A DNA stretch of 64,000 nt. It comes from Eledone cirrhosa (Eukaryota). The stretch spans positions 46,438,001 to 46,502,000 of the forward strand of contig OZ024745.1 in the NCBI GenBank assembly GCA_964016885.1. Reading direction: 5' to 3'. A program made the translations under genes and the position numbers. How positions within the stretch are numbered: position 1 is the stretch's first letter; each line of letters begins with the position of its first letter. Below, in pieces: positions 36,195-64,000 of the stretch. Under the pieces are notes generated by a model, which had not been told where the DNA came from, searched no databases, and saw nothing but the letters and a program-made list of their open reading frames with translations.

Positions 36195-39100
36195 GTGTTT
36201 GTCACCAGTTTACACACCATACAAATTATCTTAATATTTAAATGGGTTTGTTTATATATATATTCCTGAATATGTGTATACACACAAAATTTAACACATT
36301 CCCCTACATTTGTTCAAGAATACTGCTCTTAGTATCTCCAAAAGTCAAACATTATTAAATATGAGCACAGGAATAGAGAAAGGGAAATATGAATGACTTA
36401 TTGCAATTCAAAAACCATTTTCAGATATTTTCAATTGTGTATGTGTGTGTCTATCTAATATAAAATGCTTCATGCTCTAGAAAAATATAAGTAAATTAAG
36501 TATTGACAGAAGTTTTAAGCTTTAAAATGATTAGAAAATTAAACCAAAAACCTCATTTCTAAATTAAAAGTTGAGAAATTGAGCTTTACTTGATCTGACC
36601 TGTATCAAGAAGCAAATTGACATCTTTAAAAAAAAAAAAAAAAAAAAAATCTTTTAGAAGGTGAAAGAACCCTTATTGACTCAAGAAACAATACTCTGAT
36701 CAACTATCTGCCACATAATCTCTGCACTAACACATTTTTGCTTCTTATGAGTCAAAAAACGTATGAGTATAATAAAAATGTAGTCTTTCAGATTTTTTAA
36801 AAATAAATAAAAAAAAAAAAGACAAAGAAAACTCAAACGCTACTCATTACACTAAACAAAATCAATATTTTGTGCAATATTTCTGAAATTTTTTCAATTA
36901 CTAATCTGCAGGAATTTACTGAATATTAACCAGATTAACCTCACCCAGTTACCACTGTCTTTCTGTCTAGGAGGGGCTAAAAAGTAACATACACTGCTCA
37001 TCACTGCAGCATAAATAACATTTAAAAAATATAATACAACTTCAATTTCAATTTCTTTCCGCTAAAAAAAGGAATATTTACATTAGCATTCATTTCTTAT
37101 TTTTAAATATATATATATACAACCTTTCAAACTCACCAATCCCAAGTTTTCTTGAAGAATATATCTAGTGCTGCCATTGCTGAGAATTGAACTAGTGGGT
37201 AAGTTCAATATCTTAATCCACTAGATTAAAGACCAATATGATATATCAGTTATGTGTTGGGACAAATAACTTATATACTCCCAAATATATACTGATAATA
37301 TAACAAGAGACAATGATCTAGACCCTAGAGGAAGAAAACAAAAGACCAGAGATTGAGCAGTTGAAAGATTGTACGTAAAATATTGAATGCAATTGAAAAT
37401 AGTCCTAATTTCTTTCACTACAACTTAAAGTTAGTTAAACTAGCATTTTAATAGTAAGCTTTTTGTCTTCATACTACAATATAGGTAAGCATTTTGATTT
37501 TTCTGTATACATATCTGCTTTGTCATTTTTCCTTTACTCTGCATTTGTACACATGTGTCTGGTTAAAGACAAAATGTCATGAAGATTTGATACAACTTTG
37601 GAAGCTTGCTTTAAAATGTTAGAAATAAATTGATAATAATGAAATAATATTGTATTTTGAAATTTTTTTAGACATGCAGCAGATATGTGTTTTAACTAAC
37701 AAAATTTAACACAACTCAGATATAAATTTATATAAGTAAGGCAATTAATTTATCAATCCCTCTTGCAAATACTCATTCATTTGGGCAGAGAAAGAAAAAA
37801 ATCAGTTTCACAATATTCCTAATAATAATGGATTCTTAGACTCGAAACCAAAGTTTAACGGTAATTGCCTTAAGAACATTTTCAAAGAATAAATGATTCC
37901 AACAAAGAATCTCCTGTTTTGGTACACAGCCCATGGTGTAAGGTGTAAAAGTTTATTCTATAATAAAAAGCAAAGTTAACCCCAGCAAGATTTGAACTTA
38001 ATGATGTACAGTATAGTTCAAACATCTACACCAAGAGACCATATAAAATAAATTATGGTGGTATGAGTAAGTAAATAAACACAAGAAGGGTTAGGGTTCA
38101 GAGAAACAACCCTGCAATTACTGTTGTTAAAAAACTGATTAAAATCAGTTGCAAAATATGTTCAATAAGATGTATTTCTCATTATTAATAACTGGTTTCC
38201 TTTAACCTTTTTGATGTCAAACTGCCTGAAACCACCTCAGGTTCTATCATACAAACTTGTTTGTTTTAATGTACTTATATTTATCTAAAAACATTGCATC
38301 ATAATTTTATGTAAGAATCTTCAATTCATATTGTAAACACCATCTAGTTGGTTATATTGCTAAATTCCAACATATTCTTAATTATTTTCAAAATTATTTG
38401 CAAATCATAGGCAGTGTCTTTCATTAGAAATATGGGAGTGAAAAGATTAATTATTGAAAGCAATAATCTAACCCATGCTTGCGTGGAAGATGGACGTTAA
38501 ACAAAGATGATGATGAATGAAAAATTTCAGAACTTCTATAAATCCAACCAAACTATTCAACTGAAGAGAGAAATATTTGCAACCAATAGTTGAATGCATA
38601 GAAGTATTTGAAATACAATTTTATAAGTTTGGAAAGAGTATAATCTATGAAACCAACCCTAGTATAATACTTGTACTTTCTCGTAATTCTCAGGAGATGA
38701 AAGGTGAAATCAACAATAGAATTTTCACTCAAATGTCAGATGTAAAACTAAATATGCTTAACTAAGTGTTTTTTTTTCTTTTGCACATACTCCACCTCCC
38801 TAAAAATAGTTTCATAATTTAAAGTAAAGTGCGTCACAAACAGGAATAGAAATGCAGTCACATCAACAACCTATTTTTTTTAACCCTTTTGATACTAAAC
38901 TGCCCATGGTTTTATGATGAAAAACGTTTTGTTTTAATATTTTTATAAAAACATTTCCATCATAATTTTATGATATATGTTTATACATATTTTAATACAC
39001 CAGCTTGATAACGGACTCTTTTTAAAATCAAATGAAAATTATTGGCAGTGCTTTTCAATAGAAATATGGTAATGAATGGGTTAAATTCCATGTAAATCAA

Positions 39101-39529
39101 CTGTCACTTAAATCCTGCATAAAGATTTTTAAATTAGGCAAGAAGCCTCAGCAATGAAACTGGAGTATTGAAATAGAGAGTTAGAGATAAGTATTTTCCA
39201 AAATTACACTAAAATAGAGATAAACCAAACACAAATTGAAATCAAGTCAAAGGTGCCACGTGAGAATTTCTCATTTCATATTTCATATTTAACAAAGTTA
39301 TAAATTTCTCCACTCTGTATATCCAAAGAGCTCTTTTTAAAAAATGGCCTGCACAAACCAAGTTTAGAAAATAAATTCATCAAAATACATGAGATTATGA
39401 TATACAAGGAAAATAATTAGGAATCTTAACTTAAACAGTTTGAAGAAAAATAGCTTGTGAATTTGAATGATTCAGCACACATTACATTAACATTTGTTAC
39501 ACTTAGATGTATGAATCTAAAAGTACATA

Positions 39530-40870
39530 TTATTTAACGTCCACTTTCCCTGATAACAAGGGTTGGATAGGTCTTAACAGAGTCTGGACTGAAACAGGTC
39601 CACTGACCTAGACGGGCTGGAGGGTTCGCATCTCGTTTACATATGATTTCTCATTCTACCAAGTGCATTTTATTGTGGCAACAGCACTAGAGTTGCCATG
39701 TCTTTGATACTTCTGGAGGGTACTCCCAACCTTTTGTTTGGTAACTTTTCTATGGTTGGATGCCCTTCCTATCACCAACATTAGGGATGTTGTCATGTCC
39801 CTGACACAACTAAAGGGTCCTCTCAACCCTTTTTGGGTTCTACAACAGTGCACCTAGTGCATTTAGATGGCACCATCAATAGAGAGGATTATTGGTCATA
39901 GATACAACTGCAGAACCTTCTCAGCTCTGAAGAGGGGGGGGCAGTGATAGTTATGAAAGTGTATGTAGTGATTGGGAAGGGTGGACTGATAGTCTATGGG
40001 AAGAGGGGATGTAGTGGTGGTGGTGGTGAGGAGGGTGCTACGTCATTCATGCACACTAACATTACACATCCATTGGAGAAATGATTCTCTCCAGCCTTCA
40101 CTGACATGTAGCATTGCAGTTCGCAAGTAGGTATCATACAGTCTACCCTTTATTGCCAGCAGAGGTATCAGCTCTCTAAACTTCTCCCTACCTTGTTCTG
40201 AACCTGGTTATCACATTTTCAGTGCATCCTTCCTAACTACTAATTAGAATGCCTAAGTAACAAAAGCTGTTGACAACTTCTAGGGAGCCTCTTTGACAAC
40301 TGAAGGAATTTACTTCATGTGTGTTCTTAGCACTTATTTCTCTTGTGCATCTGCTGCATATAAATCCTATCTTTTCCATTAATCTTTCTGACATATCGAA
40401 CACAGTCACTTCCCTGATAGTATCACCCTCCTGTCCTCTTTCTTACTTATTAACTAAGTTTAGTTTTAGGACTTTTAACTCTAGGTTGTTGATCTATGCT
40501 TGAAATTTTGCTAACTCTCCTACAGATTCAGCTATGAGGACTAGATCATCAGCATATAGGAGCTCCCATAGAGTGCTAGTTTTAAACTCCTCGGTGATGG
40601 CTGGAAAGACAATGATAAACAGGAGTGAACCGAGGACTGATCCCTGATGAACCCCCACCTACACTTCAAATTCATCACTATACTCATTGCCAACTCTCAC
40701 TCTACTGGCTGTTCCTTTATACATGGCTTGCATGGCACTCAAAAGATTACAGAGTGTCAAGCCCTATCAAAGGCCTCTAGATCTACAAAAGCAAGACTTA
40801 CTCTTATTTAAATACCTCTCCTGTATATCTCACCAGAAAAAGGGAATTGATAGTACCCCTGACTGGCATA
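39530..40870 (-). mobile_element. Decayed RTE LINE fragment
   Basis: Contains YADDL (40545-40560) and GVHQGSVL (40635-40660), plus the shared 3' tail motif. Confidence 0.85.
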
Positions 40871-42329
40871 AATAAAAAAAAGTATTTTGGTTCATCTTAT
40901 CACTTTTATAAAGTAACTTATGATTATAGCTTTGTGCCAAAGCTATAAGTGGGATGAAGTGTAATTCAATGAACCCCAGTTCTAGTCTGATATTTAAATA
41001 TTGAAAGGGCAAAAAGCAAAAATTGACCATAGCAAGATTTTAACTTAATATAAAGGGATATTAATAAAAATGAAGAATATATCTACGTATGTTTATTCAC
41101 CTTCCTGTGAATATTTTCAGATATTTTCTAAGACGCAGGCTCTGTTGCTGTATATCAGTGAAATAATAAGGTTCTTATTGCTATTTAAACAGAAATGAAT
41201 ATAAAGAATATATTCTAGATGTAAGCAGCAATTTTGTTTAGTCAATATAAGAGGTTTGTTTTTAAAAGAACCAGAAAAATCTACTTCAGTACAGAATGCC
41301 ATGTTAGCACAGTAAATGTTACCATTAGACAACAAAGAAGAAAAAAAAAAAAAAAAAAAGCCAAAATTAAGATTAACAAAAAGTCATGCATACTACATGA
41401 AGCCTAATAACTATAGAACATTTTCCATCAGAGGGGAAAAAACACTTCCAGAAATGAGGATTGCTAAAGTGAGAATTACAAAATATGTTAGGAAGAGAAA
41501 ATAAAAATAAATAAAATAATAAAAAGAAAAATGGAGAGGGAAAAAAACCCCAGAAAATGATTTTTTTTCTAAGATTTAAAAAAAAAAAAAACCTACAGTA
41601 ATGAAATGTCAGCCCATCAAGTTAATGCCAACATTTAAAAAAGTTAAATAATTTTTATAGATTTTTAAAGATGTGAGACGGAATAATTCAGTTATTAAAC
41701 ATAAAAAAAAGGAAACTATAAAATGTAATAATTCATCTTCAAGATAGCAGAATCACTCCAGTATGGAACAAATTGGATAAAAAAAAAATAAAAAAAATGA
41801 AACCCTGAGAAACATTTAAGAAATTGCATGCACACAGAAAGATATATGCAAATGTATACATACACACTGATAAGAAAATAAAGTTATGAATTCCCTTTTA
41901 TCTTTAAATGAGATATTTCTAAAGACTCATCACATTCATATCTACATGTATACATCTGATAATTAAATCACTTAAGTTTCTCCTCAAACTATTACAAATT
42001 TTCTTAAATATTTTCAGTATTTTTCATTAAAAAAAAAAACAAAAACCCACAACAACTTACGTAATATTTTTACCCCCAAAACTTTAGAGCAAAGAAATCC
42101 TTCCAACAAGATATTTTTGGCTTATCAATCCTCAGTTACATTTTCTCAGGGCTGTTGCCATCCATTTTACAGCAATAACATTAAAGTTGGAAGGATGGAA
42201 CATTTTGATATATATTGGTTACTTTCTGTTGACTAATCAGGACTAAATGATGTTTTTTGTTCAATTCCATAAATTCTTGAGAGAACCATGGAGCATCTTT
42301 AAACAACTATAGCTGATCCTCTAAAGACA

Positions 42330-60663
<18,334 letters not shown>

Positions 60664-60937
60664 CTGCAGTAAAACGAAAAATAATAATTTAAAAAATACA
60701 AATAAAAGCAAAAAGAGAAAGTAACAAGCATTCAAATTGAAGAAACCTATTTCCAGATATACATATATAAAATATTATTTTTAACACTCACACAGCCTAT
60801 ATTTCTTTAAACTGTCTGTGACCATATTTCTAATGAAATACACTGTCTATGTAGTTCAATTAATTTTGAAATAATATAAAAAAAATTGGTAGGATTTAAT
60901 AAAAGTGATATTTTCATAAGTTAGTGTTTGGAACATA

Positions 60938-61110
60938 ATGGTTTCTACTTTTGGCACAAGGCCAGCAATTACCCAGTACATTACTGGTACTTTATTTTAT
61001 CGACCCCGTATGGATGAAAGGCAAAGTTAACCTCGACGGGATTTGAACTCAGATCGTAAAAGGACGTAACTATGCCATAAAGCATGTCCGACCCTCTACC
61101 GATACTGACA
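60938..61110 (-). mobile_element. tRNA-derived SINE (family of 5345-6045), nested in a TTAA MITE
   Basis: Full-length match to the unit at 5358-5530. Confidence 0.85.
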
Positions 61111-64000
61111 ATAATGAAAGTATCTTATATAAAATTATAATGGAAGTTCTAAATATGGATAATTCAAAATTAGAGTTATCGTATTACAAAACCAGTTTGA
61201 AGAGGTTAAATACATAAGTTAGTTCAGTTCTAGGATCAGCCTTTAAAAAAAAAATGTTCAAAAGTCCCTTGGCCAGAACAAGCCAGTCTATAATGAAAAG
61301 AGTTAGATGAGAGAAACTGTCATAGGATATCAAGCTTTGGTGGAAACAATTCACATGGACTTGGATATCAAATTATTTTAACTATTACAAAACCAACTCT
61401 ATCAACCTTATCAATATGGCACACAAACCTGACCTAAGAAACTCTAATATCTTTAAAATGAGTGACCCACATGTCCCAAATTTTTCTGACCAACAGCTTT
61501 CCTCTTGCAATTTCTAATATGGTTGAGGACAACATAAAACATACAAGTAGATATACTGAATTATGTTGTCAGTCATTTTGAAGTTAGTCATTTATGCTAA
61601 ATAGCTTAAATATATGTGCAAGGGCTAAGCAGAAGAGTCAGCATACTAAAAAAAAATCCACAAATTTTAAAAAGTAACAAACAATTCTGAAGGCAAAGAA
61701 TTTAAATTACTAACCTAATACAATGCAAAAATGAAACACTTCACATGAATAAGATGAGAGATTAGACTATACTGAATAGATAGCGATTTCACAGGGAGGA
61801 GGAGTAGGTCTAATGATGTTTTGTCACCTTAATAATAGCACAGTACAAGGGTGAAGGGATCAAAATTCAGCATTGCATCATCATTAGATATATGCACTAA
61901 GTTAGCTACTTTAAAATAATATTAAGAACATATTTTAGTTCTCTTTCAAGTAGTTTCTTGAGCATGCAGGAATTGTTTGACCAGCATTCTATGGACATCC
62001 TTTCTTTATAAAATGTTATGCAAAAAACAAAACAGCTTCTTGAACATTCGGCTATGTTAACAGTTGCCTCTCCTACACATCAAGTATTGTATTGTTTTCT
62101 ATTGTGTTGGTTTTATGGATTTCCTTTCTATTTCATTATTTTATGGCTATAACAATTTTCGAGTTATCTCAAAGCTATGCGTATCCTTTAAATCGTTAAG
62201 ACAATTTTTATTTTCTTTATATTATGGGTTTCTTATGAATCGGAAATTGTAGCTTTAGATGTTTAACTCTCAACATTATGTAATAATTTAGCAGAAAATA
62301 TCTAAAAACCGACTTGTTAATTCAACATTTTTTTTTTTTTTTTCAGGAAATAATACATCAATCGTTTATTTTGAGCCATTTTTTATTTCACATTTGAAAA
62401 GAGGGTTTTAGCCCTGAAATATACTGGGTAAACATTTTGTTTTGTTTTATTTTATTTGTCATCCTTTATAAATTTCTACCATACTGTATTGACTTTTTGA
62501 AACTTATTTATTGTGGTCAATAGCCCAGCTCAAATTCAAATGTAGTTGTATATGCTATACAAATAAAAATGTTGGGTTAAATGCATTTGACTTAGCATCG
62601 TTCCAACTGTTGTTGTTTAACCCATTATCCAATGTAGTATTACACAGTTTGAGAGACAGAAGAGTATAATGTAAGGGACATTTGATTACTATCTCTAGCA
62701 GGTTAAACAACTAGAGGCCTCCTTATAATTAAGTTGTGTGAAATCTATGTGTGATATAAACCAGTGTTTCCAAACATAGGTTCCAAGAAACACTGTAAGA
62801 TAAGGTACTTGTAATACAAAGTATTTCGCGAAGAAATAAGTTTATGGAGTAGGGGTGACGACAAAAAGTACCCAGCACACACTGTAAATGTGGTTGGCGT
62901 TAGGAAGGGCATCCAGCCGTAGAAAACCAGCCCACACTGTAAAGTGAACGTGTAAAAGACACGGAAAAAACACCCAGCACACAATCAATCAATGTGGTTG
63001 GCGTTAGGAAGGGCATCCAGTCGTAGAAAACCAGCCTATATGAGCGAGACACGGTCACCCGACCCAACTTGCCTATAATTGGGACAAACTCGTCTAACCC
63101 ATGCTATCGTGGAAGATAAACGTTAATCGATGATGATGATACAGGCTATCACTATCACAAAGCTACCAAATGAATCATATACGCTACCATTCAATGACAA
63201 TTTTGTATACATTTTCTCTTTAGTTCAAAGAACTACACCCTAATTGCATACGTTTACAGTTTACTCTGCTTCAACATGTCTTTGACACAGATACAGACTA
63301 TTGAACTCTTGGGAGCAACTCACCTCATGTCCAGAGACTATGACACGAAACGAGCCAACCTACACGGAGACATCTGCCCTGCTAGAAATAACAGCCAAAT
63401 CTCCCTCAAATTACATCATATCGCCTTGAAAGAAAAATATTAGATAATGTGACACTAGCTGAAGAACACAAACTAATGCAGTATCATCTGATCATGTCTT
63501 CACCAGATCTGATCTGGGGTTAAACATACATTGTCCAAATTAAAATTCGTCGTTGAACCAGCATCTTTGTAATATATTATGTCCTAAGATTTAAAAATTC
63601 AATACATGCAGTCTCCATTAATTTTTACTAAGAATTAGCTGCTGTTTGATCCAGACGAAGCATCATTGAAAATACTTCTAATAATCACATTGTATCTATA
63701 TATATATAAAGCAATAGTTTTCCCTTTAGGTTGAGCGACTATGTAAAGATGTCAAGGGACTGTGTAGTGTGAAGCTGTTGATTATTAATGTTCATTTTGT
63801 CTTGATCTTTCATATTAGAGATGAACGTGAACGTGAATTTATCATCTATATACAAGTTTAAATGCTTCTAAGGATTAGTGCTTATAACACAAATTCATTC
63901 ATGGATTTTTTTTTTTTTTAAAGATAAATAGCATATCATTAACATAAAATTTTAAAGGATCTCTAGTAATCCCTAACGCAAACATTCATACGATTCATAA

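Noticed and set aside
63318-63330. ATGAG|GTGAGT as the missing first PATL1 exon
   Set aside because: Phase 2, whereas the exon at 60663 needs phase 0. The first exon probably lies beyond the window.

Overview
AT-rich, repeat-dense animal genomic DNA. The repeat content suggests an octopus or other coleoid cephalopod (inference). Three protein-coding genes are supported. (1) An intronless PNO1 (202-930, +). (2) A single-coding-exon ankyrin-repeat/SOCS-box protein with an N-myristoylation motif (16084-17148, -). (3) A multi-exon PATL1/Pat1 mRNA-decay gene on the minus strand: I traced 19 phase-consistent exons by hand from 60663 to 42330 (about 780 codons); the first coding exon was not found. 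The remainder is nested transposon debris: RTE, L2, CR1, Tx1-like and HERO-like LINE fragments, tRNA-derived SINEs, two non-autonomous Helitrons, a decayed RepHel Helitron, hAT and piggyBac-like MITEs, and a mariner. Two signals stand out. First, two unrelated ~310-bp elements sit inside (TA)n microsatellites, each with a TATA box followed by a type I hammerhead ribozyme (Penelope pLTR/retrozyme-like); three degenerate copies of a third hammerhead-like family are also present. Second, a candidate pair of mutually exclusive 35-nt microexons in PATL1 would swap the motif aligned with the DDX6-binding site. All coordinates were read by eye; repeat boundaries are approximate.
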